From assembly GCA_051362555.1 (NCBI GenBank), contig CM120649.1:15004001-15068000 (forward strand): a stretch of 64,000 bases of DNA. The letters are read 5' to 3'. The stretch's first letter is position 1, and every line of letters starts with the position of its first letter. The position numbers and the translations under genes are program-made. Below the pieces are notes generated by a model, which was not told the DNA's origin, did not search any database, and saw only the letters and a program-made list of their open reading frames with translations. Source of the DNA: Lingula anatina (lineage: Eukaryota; Animalia; Brachiopoda). This document shows, piece by piece, positions 1-14,009 of the stretch.

Positions 1-332
1 AAAGCAAGCTGGTGTGCTACCATAAATACTCGTAAAGTCTCCTATAATTTTCTTTTTCTTCATTTTCTTCTGCTGAAAACAAACTGTTCACTTGCACTTG
101 TTGATAATAGATACGAGACCAAAGAGAAAACTAGAACCAAACCATAGATTTGTACATGAGTCATTTATCATGATAAATATTTATAACAGCTTTGTTGTTG
201 GTACGCTTTTTATAGATATATAGATACTTTATTTACTTCGAATTTTTAGCTGAAGCACAAGAAGTAAAGAAAAGCATTTTTCTTTTTCACAGTGTCACAT
301 ATCGATGGTAATTCATTATTTTCTAAAGTCAT

Positions 333-1622
333 TTACTTTCCTCCGGTGAAATGGTCGACGACGGTGCCGGCGGCGTCTTTCCCAGTGTTGATCATACCGT
401 GGATTGTGTGGTTCATGTTGTGGAAAGTTTGACCTGACGAAAAAAAATAAGAAAGACATAATTAACATATAACTAGTGCTGCCACAATATCAAACAAATA
501 AGACATTTCGTTGTTGATTATTTCGTGAACTGCAAATGCTAAGTTTTGGAAATTCTGGCAAATAACAGAGATATAATTTATACCAACAGCTCGGTCATAT
601 AAGCGAAGAGATTAAACAAAATTCAGGTAATCGTTATATAGCAAGCACGTCTTTTCTGCATCAGCAAAATTATTGCCTTATATAACTTATCCCGTAAAAG
701 GAACGCCCATCTAACAGCCGTGAACGTTTCGGAAGAGTTGGGGTCTTTTTCGTTTCACTAAGGTTATATTATTTCTCGAAACAAAATGAACATCCGTCGG
801 CTCAGCTAAGGATGCAAGATATCATTTTGGCTTCTTAGGACCGATCCTCTTATCCATGGCCAGGATGCAACCTTAAAGGGATAATAACTCTTCGTGCGAT
901 ATCTATATTTCACAATAAAAACATTGTGAACAACTCATAGAAATATAATATATTTTGTTTTACCACAAAAACGGCAGTTATAGATATTATTCTGATATCT
1001 GAGCTTGTCTTCAGATCACGTGACCTCCATTGATAGCTGTACTCAGGTTATAATCTCTTAAGAGATTTTAACAAAAAACCTAACTTTTTAGAAAAAAAAC
1101 AGGGACTAACTTTGAATGTAAAAATGGATTCATTAACCATTGGTAAGTATGGGAAAATTGTTGTTCACTCTAGGAAAATTCATTTTTTGGCCAAAACGAA
1201 GAGTTATTATCCCTTTAACTGAACGGACGGGGTGTTGTCGCATTAAAATACTGGAATGGAAAAGTGATACCAAGGATCTCAGCGGCAGCAGCCTTAAGGG
1301 CAGTCAGGGCGTCTGTGCCGTGCTGAACCAAGAGATTGCCCTTGTCCTTCAAGTCCTGCACGTGACCGGACAGCTTGTCACTCAGGGTGTTCACGTGACC
1401 ACTGACGGCGTTCCACAAGTTGCTGGCGTGGCCCTTCAGGGTCTGGTGGAGGGTCTTGGCGGCCTGGAAAGTGTGGCGGAAATAAGCTACATGTTGTTTT
1501 AGAAGAATTTGGAAGTCTGGTACATTCACATTCCTATGGCATTTGCCTTATTTTACTGATGTTTAGAAAAAATGTAATTATACCGCACTGTCTCAATGTG
1601 GTGCCCACGCAACTCATGGTTT

Positions 1623-1661
<39 letters not shown>

Positions 1662-4630
1662 TTGCCTTTTGCAAATGTTTTCATATTTCAGTTCTGTTGG
1701 CATGGCTTTCGTCTAATATTTTCGAGTTAGTAAACAGTCACACACAAACACACACACAGTGACACACAAACAGATAGAGAGAGAGAACAAGATGACCGTT
1801 AACTCACGCTGACGACTGTGTCCACGTGTGGTTTAAAAGCTTCAGCAATTGCACTTCCGGCAGAGGCGGTGGCATTCTTGACACTTTCCCACAAGTCCTT
1901 GATGAAGCGTCTGCTCCTGATGCCAGACAGCACCTTCTGGGCTTCATTCTTCAGGTACTTCTCAACAAGACCCTGGAACACGCCGCTGAGGCCGGTGCTC
2001 ATCTCACTCAGCTTCCCCTGGACTTTCTGTTCAAAGTCCTCTGAAAACGCATTTTGAAATGTGTAGGGACTGGCGTATTACATTACTACTAATTATATAC
2101 TTCAGATCATTTCCTATTTTTTGACTCAGTCTACCAGTGATGTCGACCATTCTTCCTTGGGTGCCAAGCCGATGTAAAAATAAACACGTATAAAAACAGA
2201 GTGAATAATTACACGAACCAGGAGAAAAGCAATAAACACAGAACATTTTATAACGTTGTCATAACGATACCGTACCATAGGCCTACCATATTATAAGATT
2301 TTTTGATTACTTAAACGTTATGGTAACGTTATAATAAGCTTTGCGTTTGCAGGTACAGTGCATTAAAACTTACGGATAACCTTGTCAGCCTTTTTGTTCA
2401 GGGCGTCGAGACCCTCGCCAATGAAGGCGCCGGTGCTGACGGAGTCCGTGAGGGCCTGGAGCTCGGTGTGGGCCACCTCAACCAGGTCTTTCAAATCCTC
2501 AACCTGTAACATCACACCTCATTCGTACATTTTTATTTTGGAAATGACATATCAATTCATCGTTTTATTGAAACGCCAAGAAATTATGTTCATTTGTCTT
2601 TGTAATGGGTTTTATATTTCGTTGAGCGATTTTTAGTGTGTTCTTGAAAACATGGCTCAAATCAGCGAAACTTTTCTTCGGGGACTGGGTTATGTTTACA
2701 TAAATATCTGTGAAATAGATTGCCCGTCTTTTAGATTTCTTCAAACGGAGAACTTGCAGAGTTTATCTATTTATTTAAAAGCTTGGTGGTCTTACAGTGA
2801 ATACGTTTTTCCCTTTGCCTGTTTTTTCTTCGGCATTCGTATTCATCTTTACATTAAGGATGCTAAAGTATGATACATAGATATGTCCACAACCTTTGAG
2901 AAAATATAATTGCCGAGTTATTTGTTTTACCTTCAACGTTTAAAAAACAATTTTAAAAATAATAAAATTAGGGGAAAATAAACAGAGGCGTTTACCTTGC
3001 TGCCGAAGAAAGCCTTGGCTACTTCAATGGCGACGCTGCCATCCTTCAACAGTGCCTCAGAAGCGTCTTTCCCACTGTTCATTGCCTTCATCATGTCACT
3101 GATTATAACTGAAAAATATCATATATGTACCGAGTGAATGTTTGTGGATCCCTGATATATATTATTTATAAGATGTTTGACCAGACATATTGATTAACGA
3201 CCCTTGATTTGAAGAAATTAGTTTTTTTTCGCAGTTTTTATCAAACGTTAACCTTTTAATCTTGTTAATTCGAAACCCAGTTAGTGCGATGGTAAGCAAT
3301 GGACTGCAGGGAAACTCACCATTTTTGCATAATCTCACTTTGATGCCGAAGTATGCTCTTATAAACAATTAAAAATCGCAGGAAGTTACCCCTGCCGTAT
3401 CTACAGCTCATTCTATCTTTAAGATAACACAAGAAATACAATGGATTTTTCCATCAATATTGTTTACATTTTAATTATTATTGTTAATTTCTGTCATCAA
3501 TGTACAATCTATTCTACATCATACATGTCCAGTCAGGTTGTAAACTTTGAATTCGTTGTACTTTTGTAAATTGCCTTTTTTAGAATTTTTTAAATTAAAA
3601 AATTCTAATTTAATTAATTAATCAATTAATTTAAATAAATAATTAAATTAATTAATTAATTAAAATAAAAATTCTGTTTCGAAAAGAGATCGCACTCCAC
3701 GGTGAGAGCCAATAAAGAGAAAACTTTACACAATTAAAAAATAAATGGAAAAAGACACATATTAAAGATTAAAGATTAGATTGATGGGTCCTAGCCCATA
3801 TTGATCAATCCAACACGGCGTTGCATCATGACTACATTAAGCAAAAATGACCCCCTCCCCCCCAGTGGCCACCTGTTAAAATCGCACCAAGCCTTTCCAC
3901 CTGTTACATTTGGTCGTGACAGTATTTAGATAAAGCTGAGCGTCATTTGGGATTAGATAACCCCCATCGTCGCCAAGCGTGAAGAGATGATCTTCGCGCA
4001 TTTAACAACGTTCAATTTTATTACAAAATACTTTGATGAAGATGTATTAATTAGTCTTTTTGTCCAATGCTAAATTTAAAGCGTATCTAAGGTCCAGCTT
4101 AATTACATTATGAGGGAAGTTCTGGTAATAATTTAATATTTAAAAAAGCTTAATTGTTAAAATTTAAGACAGAAGTTTCAGATAAAACCTACTGTTTTAA
4201 CCAAAGTTATAGAAACTTGTAAATGTATTTAAAGACAAGCTGTAGAAAATGACGGAAGGCCCATCTCACTATTTATCTTGATTTAGATAATTCAAATTAG
4301 TCATTTCTTGCTGTTAAATTAAACCAATGAGAATGGGTAACATGAAAGACATTTCATTATTAACAAACTTTTAATACATCATTCGTTAAAATATTTAACC
4401 TTTTGAAATACAAAGCCACGAAGTAAAATCTAAATAAACATGATATAAGATTGATACTTACGGGAGGCAGCAGACTCGATGTAGGATTCTCCCATCTTCT
4501 TCCCCTGCTCGAGGACATTCTTACCCTCCTCCTTGAGGCTCTTGACCAGGTCGCTGGCCTTAAGGACATCGTCAAAGATACTGGCGCTGGCCAGGGCCAG
4601 GCAGCACGCGAGAACGGCGAATACTTTCAT
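333..4630 (-). CDS. Secreted amphipathic-helix (apolipoprotein/perilipin/LEA-like) precursor, 312 aa, 6 coding exons
   Basis: Exons 4630-4462, 3108-2996, 2503-2374, 2040-1808, 1463-1271 and 433-333 join GT-AG in frame (939 nt). Signal peptide MKVFAVLACCLALASA, internal RSRR, and 11-mer helical repeats (LKGHASNLWNA/VSGHVNTLSDK/LSGHVQDLKDK). Ends DHFTGGK*. AATAAA on the minus strand at 228-233. The family assignment is inference. Confidence 0.85.
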
Positions 4631-5361
4631 GTTTGTTTGCTACCGAAACCAAAAAAAAAGTGATGAATAAACAATAAAAAAAGAAAAACAAATAAAAACA
4701 AAGATATGGATGCAACAATATGTAGCAATTTACACAGGAATCTGCCGTGTGAAAGTATGAATTTTTTTTTCACACTTTTCACATTTCGTATTTCTCCGTA
4801 TTTTCCTTAGTTTTCATTCATGTGTTTATGAAAATAAGAGGTGTATTATTTCTTTAAATTTCTCCTGACTGGAATATGAACCGTTTTCTTTTTTTCAGTT
4901 CAATTTGTTTCTGTTCTGGTACAAAGATTATCATGACTTTGTACAATATTTTATGATAAAATAAACAACAACAAACAAATAATCTTTATATAATGGAAAC
5001 ATGTGCTAGCGATTAGATACAAACACAATATCATTATCTAAACACAATATCATTAAATATACGGTTATTGAGATAATTATGTTTTGTTCAAGTTTACGAA
5101 ATATTATAAACCTTTAAGAGAAGTGCAATCGATGGAAGGCGTTGACAAAAAAATTGAACATGTATCTATACATCTATCCATTAAATCAATTAAAAATATG
5201 TTAAGCATTTGGTAACTTAGCTCACAAAAGTATAATGAGACTTTGGAGTTATGTAATCAAAATTTAACTAGATTAGGCAACCAGCACCGAAAAAAAAAAT
5301 ACAATAGTTTTCGAAAACTGTATCAAAGACATAAAGACATAATAGAGGTTTTGGTTCTTAC

Positions 5362-5416
5362 CGTGGACTCTCCTCTTGTGTATAAAGACCGAGCTATAAT
5401 CAACTGCGTCTTATAT
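5362..5416 (-). promoter_or_regulatory. TATA box and short non-coding first exon of the secreted helical-protein gene
   Basis: Minus-strand TATAAG at 5410-5415, a strong donor CCACG|GTAAG at 5362/5361, and a TAG acceptor at 4640-4642 just upstream of the ATG. Confidence 0.6.
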
Positions 5417-6041
5417 GGAGTTCCCCACCCCTCAGTAGACGTCACGAGGACCAACGAATCGTGGCAAGGAGTGTTACACCTGGAAAGTGTGTCATCTTCA
5501 AGGCATAAGCTGTTTCAAGTTTCATAATTTAGCTTCGGTTAATTCACAGCATGTCAATACCTAATTCTTAACGAGATCGTAAAATTGTTATTTCCAGTAA
5601 AGCATTGTTTTGACTTATATTGATATATTTCAAGAATGCTATATATACAGTCAATTTGAAATAGTTTCTAATAAACTTAAATTATCTTTGCTTAACGGTA
5701 TGGTTTTGGGCAGATAGAAAACAGCTTCATTCCAATGTTGCATTTAAATCTGTGAGTGAAAAGGGATGCTATATTAATATAAAGCGATTCTGTGAAATTG
5801 CATTTGGAAAGTTTTTACCCTATCTGAACGAAAAATTATATTTTTATGGTCACTGCCTTGTAGAGGCTGTATCAACATGAATCAAATAGTTATCCTGTGA
5901 AAATCAATGACGAAGGCATACATCTATAGTCTAAATAATCTTTTTTTACAACTTGAACATTCAAGAAACTTTGACTATTCATGAAATTTTGTGTGAATAT
6001 GAGTACGTGTTTTTAATGTTTACGAAGAAACCCGTCAAATT

Positions 6042-6209
6042 CAGGGGCGGATCCAGAGATATATTCTGACAGTCTTCCAAATTTTCTTTGTTGATCCATC
6101 CTTAATTTTTGACCGTCCTTCGACAGAAAAAATTAAATACCCGTCAATATAAACTTGAAAATCTGACCGTCTTCCGGAAGACCCAGAAGACGGCCTGAAT
6201 CCGCCCCTG
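6042..6209. mobile_element. MITE (CAGGGGCGGAT TIR family), copy 1
   Basis: Terminal inverted repeats CAGGGGCGGAT...ATCCGCCCCTG flanked by a duplicated AAATT. Homologous copies at 49791-49948 and 58130-58298. Confidence 0.85.
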
Positions 6210-7763
6210 AAATTTTCTGAGTTATATGGCAAACCTGATAACAATATTCAGTGAAGTGAATTACTTGCTGTGTATGCAGACGAAGGATCAGGCGAATAAT
6301 TGTTTAGAGTTATACATGTACGCACTGTGTTGTGATAAGTTTCGAAATGGTGTAACATGCCAAAACGGACACATGACCTCAATGTTTGCAATGGTGAGAT
6401 AGGCATCACCTGCTATAAACCTATATCTTGACGCTTGCATAAGTCATCACGACAAGCCTTTTCTTGTGAGAATGAAGATATTGAATAAAATTCGACCCCG
6501 TGCCCATATGAGCAGTCGTGACGCCTTCGCTATCCTACATTTTAACACAAGGAGAAAATGTATTTGAGAAATTATAATTTTGTTAGGCTGTTAAATACGT
6601 TGGGGTGGCGGAGGCGAAAGAGAGGGGGATAGCAATGGCTCATGTAATAAGCAGGACACGCTTATCTATAAGACTTTTAGGGAAAGGCTGTTTGCATTTT
6701 AATGAAAATACTGACTTATAGAAATCCAGAAGAACTAATAATATCGGCTTTAGAGTGAAGAGCGATGGGCCGTCTAAATACTATCGAGAATGAGAAAGTG
6801 AGGCTAAGGATAGGCCTAACGAATTCTTATCTTCCAAGCAGTATTTGCTTACTCTGATGCATGCATAACATGAAATCTTTATAAGATATGTAAGAAGTGT
6901 AATTTCTACTTGATGTGTTTCATAAAAATGTGGATGCAAGTGTTGAGGAACATTAAATATTTAAGCAGATTTGGAACAGGGTTACACTAAAATTGTGAAA
7001 TGAAAACATCAGGATTAATGTAAGTCAAAGGCCTTACACCCCTCTACATAGAATCCACGTCTCTCCAACATATGGATAATTTTCAAGTATATTTCCAATA
7101 TTTAACCTCTCGATTGTCTCTTCAGATTTAATTATCATATTCACTAGTATGTTTGAGTTTACAAGCTAGAAACAGTCAAACAAATGTTTATTTACATCAA
7201 AACAACTCTGTCTCTTAAACGCACACCGCTATGAAGTAGAGGGGCATAAATCGTCAATTAACATTGGTTAAGAAAACACCCGTTGACGCATCATTTCAGT
7301 ATAACCAGCTGGTCATTTGGCTCTACCAAAGTTACCCCATTCGCACATCATTTAGGACACCGATGACACAGATTCTTTTCTTTCTAACGAAATTAGATAA
7401 GAACAAACAAATAATTTATCATTTGCCGATGGGGCGACCACTTAGATAGGGAATTGGACTGACGTGAGTTTATAATGAATCTTAGCAGTCTTAGTAATAA
7501 CCTATTAGATTTGAAAAACTGATAAATATACTTGATTGATACGATACATGGATAAAATTATTTCGGTACAAATATGAATAGCAATTGAAAAATATAAAAT
7601 CTGATATTAAAGTATGTGCAATATATATAAAAACTAAATTTGAAAAATATTTCTGAAATCTTTTAGTTTGGAATGTAACCAAAATGTATATCAACATCTT
7701 TTTGATTAAAGTACCTCCCAGAAAAAAAAGCATACAACATTGTACTTGGATTTTAAAACAAAG

Positions 7764-7814
<51 letters not shown>

Positions 7815-7990
7815 CATGAAAAGAAATAAAATATTCTATACATTGGTTGAACCGCGAAAATGTTAATAGTTTTTACCCTAATTCCGCTCGGACTAGCACG
7901 TTCTGTAAATACAGAAATCACGAGGACAGCCAACTGGACACAGAGAGATCCGAGGTCATTAAATATGTATATACATTTATGTAGGTGTCC

Positions 7991-7998
7991 TTATATAA
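7991..7998 (+). promoter_or_regulatory. TATA box of MOXD1-like gene A
   Basis: TTATATAA about 40 nt upstream of the ATG at 8036. Confidence 0.55.
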
Positions 7999-8035
7999 CT
8001 ACATCACATCTCATCACGTACAGACCCTCTGCAGA

Positions 8036-11000
8036 ATGGGGAACGTGTCGGTCATCTCTGCCCTGGTTTGTCTTCTTGGGGCGTGTCACGTCTTGGACAG
8101 CGCCCCTGCTGGCGATGGCTTCACCCACAGCACGGTTCTAAGGGAGGGGGAATACTACCTCTGGTGGAAATATGATGAGCAGTATATAACGTTTAAAGCG
8201 CAGGCGAAAACTACAGGATACCTGGGGTTGGGGTTTTCTCCAAATGGCGGAATGGTTAACGCTGATATCATTATGGGCTGGGTGAAAGATGGAAAAGTGT
8301 TTCTGCAGGTAATTAAGTACATGTACTAGTATGATTATATACGCTCGGCTGTTACTTTGATCGTTTGTTGAACCTAAAACCCACCAAAAACGATATTTAT
8401 TGTTGTATACTAGTCTAACAAAAAGAAAAAAATCTATCAAAATCTGTTAAGTATTTCTTATCGAATTTATTGAAAATCCCAATTGGCAGCCATACAAGTA
8501 TAATTTTTAAGTTCTCTTGATTTCAGAACTCTGTTACATGTGTACAGTAGATTGTGATTTCCTTAAAGATGCATACAAAGTCAATTTTTTGTCCCAAAAA
8601 CCAACCAAATGCCAGCATATAGTTTCAAGTAGTATAACTAAGAGAATTACCAAAAGGCATTGTTTAATTTTACCCGAAAATGATGTTTGAACAGATTTTT
8701 CTGCTGGCATTCTAAGCTGTATGTCAATGGGGCAGGAAAGTAGGTCACGGAAGTAGGTTAAATTTACAACCGAACATTTAAAGAAAGGAGCAGTCTAAAG
8801 GTCTTTTAAGGCAGATCAAGTGATCTATTCAGTTTATCCCTTGGCATGTCGAATTTATTTGAGTCATATAAGAATCTAGTAGAAGTGGTTTACATGTGTT
8901 ACTGGGAATCAACGCTCCACCGATGCTCGGTTCGTATGTACCTTTAATCATTTTGGACAGAGTTTCTAAGAGTAAATTGCTGAAATATCATGTTTTATCT
9001 TTCGGCTTCAGAATCTAACTTTCATTTTTTTCTCTTTAATGTTTGTAGTTGTAAAACAGATATGTAAACGAACGTTATTCATACATTCAGGACAGATTCG
9101 CCACCCGATTTGGTCAGCCCGCCATTGACAACAAGCAGGATGTAGAGGTCGTTAGCGGAAGTGACAACGGAACTTTTACGACATTGGTGTTCAAAAGAAA
9201 GCTGGTTTCTTGCGATCCGGAGGATAGGACAATAGACGTAAGTTAAGTTTTGGAAATTATGTAGGACTAGAGTCCTATTTATTATTTAAACAGATGTTTC
9301 AAATAAATGTACCAGTAACCTAGTAACCTAGGTATATTTGACTGGTCATTTCAGAAGATGCGCTTTGTCTTGGCAAACGTGCTACATGCTTTTCAATTAT
9401 ATGCAGATCAATTGATTATTTAAATCAGTTTTTAATTTAGATGTTAAGGCATAAACGAATTTACTTTGAAGCTGCTAGGGAATAATTAGTTTAACAGCTT
9501 CAGTAGGCGCGCCAGACATCTAAGTCTCTTAAGCTGAAAGCAATTTAGCGAGAAACCCCTTGGAGATGGATCGATCGATCTATAAATGGGAACCCAGTCA
9601 TAGATTTATGGGACCACAGTCTTAATTCATATTGAATGTTTTCTAGGAAAGCACCATACGTGTGATCTATTCGTACCGTGATGGTGACCCAGACACACCC
9701 ACTGGGGTGTCATATCACGGGAACCAGAGAGGCACAAAGTCCATCCAGTTACTGTCCTCCCAGGCGTCCCAAAACAACCCAACCATGCCCAGTGACGCTG
9801 TCACACATGATCTATTGAATAACAAGGTTAGAAATAGATACTGACATAAAGTGACAATATTTGTGATTAAGGGACTTATACCTGTACCTGGAGGCTGTTA
9901 TAATTAGAGTCTCCGTAACAAAAATTTACATTACTTACGAGGTATTTTATATTCTCTTGTATTGGGAATTTCCTTTCGTATGTCATCTGTTGTCAATAGA
10001 TATTTATCCAATTGAAAACCATCTGGCAGTGTGATATTCTTTGTTTCTTTTACCACTATTAATACATAATCTTCGCATTATGGTACTTTTAATGTCAGTT
10101 TTCACGTTTTTTATATCTTAAATCCCTTAAATTTCTCGTTTTCAGGTTAAGGTCCCAGGTAAGGACACCACCTACTGGTGCCAGGGGTTCAAGGTGCCTA
10201 AAGCATCCAAGGTCCACCATATGATTAAGGTGCGTGTTTAATGATCTCACCAGGGTGATTAATGATCTCACCAGGCCACACTGCATGGTCATATTCTGTG
10301 CGACGATACAAATCACTGTCTTTTGGCGCTCGTGTATACTAGTAGTCACGATATAATGGCACATACCATGGAAACGTGCACACATGTACCATTTTACGTC
10401 CATATCATTATTTTTATTTTTATTAAATAAAACTGATACATATCGTACCATGTATTTTTATTATTTCAACCTTTTATTGATATAATTTTTTTGGCTCCCT
10501 GAAGTTCGAACCAGTCATCCAGCCCTGCCACATATCCAGTATTTATATCATTTGTCTTTTTATTCATTATTATTATTATTATTATTATTATGCTCTCTAA
10601 AGTACGAACCAGTCATCCAGCCTGGCCACGAAGCCTTGGTTCACCACATCTTGGTGTACGCATGCTACCACGACGTCCAGGATGCCGACCTGTACCACAA
10701 CAGAGGAGTGGAGTGCTATTCTGGAAATATGCCACCGACTCTGAGGCAGTGCTTCAAACCGATCATAGCGTGGGCCATTGGAGGAGGGGTAGGCCTTTGT
10801 AACGTTTCTTTTACACCAGATGTTTTGGGAGTAAAACTTTTGTGAGAATGAAAGCCTATTGAAAATTCTTTTGGTCCCCATTCAGAATAGGGTACTAACT
10901 AGTCCGAGGGTCAAAATGGCCGACCCACTTGAATACTTCCATACGGGTCTATCTATTCAGTGTCTATTAGCGGATGGCAAGTTTTGTCATAGACAGTAAT

Positions 11001-13233
11001 TTTTAACCATCTTTTACAATTATCCATGACAATTCTAGGCCTTTCACTACCCGGAACACGTGGGGTATCCTTTTGGAGACAAAGATAGTCCAACTTTCCT
11101 CATCATGGAAACTCATTATGATAATCCACAAGAAAGGTCAGGTAAGCTACGCCAAAGCTCAGCTCGCAACAATGTTTCCAAAATGACAACGAGGTTTTAT
11201 TAACTCTCTGGAATGGAAAAAAGCAAATGTATCAATTCAGCATAACCACCACAATTGTACACTTCTGTGGGATAATTGGGATCAACCCAAATACTTGTTA
11301 ATATATGTCAAATACTTATAGAGTTATTATATTAGCTAATCGATAATGAATATATGCTTATTCGATGTAACTATCCATAGATTACGTCGATTCTTCTGGA
11401 ATTCGAGTGACAGTAATCCCCAGAAGACGGCAGTTCGACGCTGACGTCATCGAGGCCGGAGTCAGTGTTAATCACAATCACGTGATCCCTCCACATTACC
11501 CAGAGTTCTATTCATGGGGCCACTGTAACTCCCAGTGCCTTTCCAAGGTAAAGATCTCGAGTAAAATGCCCAATTCAAAATGAGCATTTGGTTTCATCCA
11601 GCAATCCGCCATCCAGCTTTTTCATTTCAACACCATTTGGTTGAAGTTTACTGCGCCAGTGTCACTGGTCTATTTACTACGTCACATTTGCGGGACCACA
11701 AGTCCCCAAAAATGAATGTGCGCCTGTGCTTGGTGCGGTAAAATTCAAACAAACTTACCGCAGAGTGTAGCGTTCGATAGTTTGGTAAAATCTCTTATCT
11801 TGGACAAAAAACACGTATTATTTGTCCCAGATCTGATATACATCTTATATATTATACATCTTATACGTCTTTTTAGGCTTTGGTCAGCCAGCCTTCAGGC
11901 ATCAAAGTGTTCGGAACTATGCTTCATGGGCATCTGAAAACCACTGGGGTCCGAGTACGTCACTTCCGGAACGAGAAAGAGCTCCCTCTATTGACGTACG
12001 ATGATCAGTACGATTTTAACTACCAAGAAGCGAGACACATGAAGAGCGAACGCGTTATTAAATCGGTAATTGTTTGCTCATGTGAGAAAAACTGATTAAC
12101 TCAGCAGTAACACTTTTACCCTAGATTTGTTCTTTTGACATGAGTTCGCTGAAAACTACAAGGATAACTTGAAATAACTACAAGAATAACACACGCATGA
12201 TGCTTTTTTCAAACCCATATACTATAGTCCTTGTACTTAAATTTCTATCTCACGGGATTGTGAGTACTACATTGTCTATATTTTCTGATCATATCTTCTA
12301 TTTTCAAAGCAAAATAAAAACACATATTATCTTATGTGATTTCTAAACCAGGGCGACTCAATACTGGTGCAGTGCCGATATAAAACCACGGATGAAACAG
12401 ACATCACATACGTAAGTAGTGTGGACCCATGATTGGTACAAACTCTACGAACTGCCTAACCTCTACCGGGGCCATGGGCCTTATTTGATTACGTTTTCCT
12501 CATCTGGAAGAGAAAGATTATATTGAAGACTGGGGAATGGACTTTGAAAATAAAACTTATGTAAAATAGACTTGTTTATAGTCTTACATCGTTCAGTATT
12601 AGGCTTCGTTCACATGCAATGTCTATTTTCTAAATTCTATTTTCTATTCGCGCTATCTTATGATCACGGTCTGTGCACTGAATATCCCGCCGCGTAATTA
12701 CTGGCAGTGCGAGCCAGTTACTTATAGTAACTTATAGTAACTGGCTCGCGCTGCCAGTAATTACGCGGCGGGATATTCAGTGCACAGACCGTGATCATAA
12801 GACATGCCGCAAATAGAAAATAGAATTTAGAAAATAGACATTGCATGTGAACGAAGCCTTAATTTAATATCATTATTTTAATATTATCATTTCATGGTAG
12901 GGAGGACTGACGACTAAAGAAGAGATGTGCCTGGCGTACCTGTTGTACTACCCGAAGATCTCCCTGAAAGGCTGCAAGTCCCAGAACAGGCAACAAGAAC
13001 TGGGCCAAATCGCTAATGCTCTTACCACGTGAGTTGTTCAGTACACAAATAAAGCGCCTCTGCATGTATAACAAATTATTAATTTTCCTAGAAATTTAGT
13101 GGGAATGCCCTTAATCCCTCCAAACTGTTGACAAAATTGGGATCTTTAAACTTTGTCGAGTGTGCTTTCCAGTGTAAGCATATAATCACATTTTTGCTGC
13201 GAGAAATAAGATTTCATAGAACGCACCTTTAAC

Positions 13234-13265
<32 letters not shown>

Positions 13266-14009
13266 CATTATTATCTAAACTGGATATCTAATAAATGTCA
13301 TCAGCCTCTTGCACAGTGTTCTCTAACGGCATATTATGTGTCCATTGCCCACCCAGGCCAGCGAATTCAGGCAGCGGCAATTTCCATAGCCTTCTGGCAC
13401 AGAAGGTGGACTGGACCGATCAGTCGACCCGGGAAACATTCCAGGAGCGAGTGCTCAGCGGGCGGCGCAGACACCAGTGTGAATACCACGATAAAACAGA
13501 AGTAAGTTTGCGCAGTGTTTGAATTGTGCCTGGGCCCGCGTGAAATATGTCCTATGTCAATTGTACGGTCGAAGAAAAGGAAATGTCACAAATTGCATCA
13601 TGCACGGTTGTATAAATGTATTACGGTATACTGCCCTGTGAAACGTTGCACGGTCATCCTGGAAAATGAATTGGTAGTTGCGATAAGGGAATGTATTCAT
13701 TGCATGTGCTCTAGTTATCCAAAACCCCGAAAACCAGCTCTCTAATGCATTTTTACCCAGGAAATTCCAATACCATGTTGGTAACAGCTTTCCTGTAGTT
13801 TAAAAACACTGATCTTAGGAATATGTTTCATTGTATTGTTTTTCGGTCTGTTGTACCAATGTACCAATGTTTATTATGTTTCGGTTAGAGGGTGAATTTT
13901 TTATCTTATTTCTTTTCAGTATTTAACTTTGCCAGCGCTTAAGAACGCTAAACCGTCGACAGGACCCGTGACCACCTGCTCCGTGAGCGGCGGGTCCCTC
14001 ATAGGATAG
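8036..14009 (+). CDS. MOXD1: DBH-like copper type II monooxygenase (MOXD1-like) paralogue A, 583 aa, 12 exons
   Basis: Exons 8036-8308, 9091-9237, 9647-9826, 10146-10229, 10603-10788, 11039-11141, 11381-11547, 11877-12065, 12352-12411, 12901-13028, 13357-13501 and 13920-14009. Signal peptide, DOMON domain (GLGFSPNGGMVNADIIMGWV), TTYWC, CuH ligands VHHIL and METHYDNP, CuM ligands MLHGH and EEMC, and YDFNYQ. Confidence 0.93.
9485..9624. mobile_element. Fragment of a dispersed MITE-like repeat
   Basis: TAACAGCTTCAGTAGGCG..CCAGACAT...GAGATGGAT.GATC...ATGGGAAC..GTCTTA is shared with 37546-37680. A related GATCGATCTA-containing element lies at ~17858-18077. Confidence 0.6.
10879..10975. mobile_element. 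Truncated copy of the 18805-18990 MITE family
   Basis: CATTCAGAA...ACTAAC...TCAAAATGGCCGACCCACTTGAAT...ATCTATTCAGTGTCTA matches the reverse complement of 18870-18985. Confidence 0.65.
12602..12858. mobile_element. Fold-back MITE, PIF/Harbinger (Tourist)-like
   Basis: Near-perfect 257-bp palindrome, GGCTTCGTTCACATGCAATG...CATTGCATGTGAACGAAGCC, with a TTA target-site duplication at 12599-12601 and 12859-12861. Confidence 0.9.

Noticed and set aside
1140-1502. 120-aa plus-strand ORF, and similar antisense ORFs at 1818-2057, 2382-2636 and 4451-4663
   Set aside because: These are antisense shadows of the GC-richer exons of the minus-strand gene.
7764-7813. ORFs with LFIY/IIII/VCVC/ERER runs
   Set aside because: These are translations of (TAAA)n, (TTA)n, (CA)n and (GA)n microsatellites.
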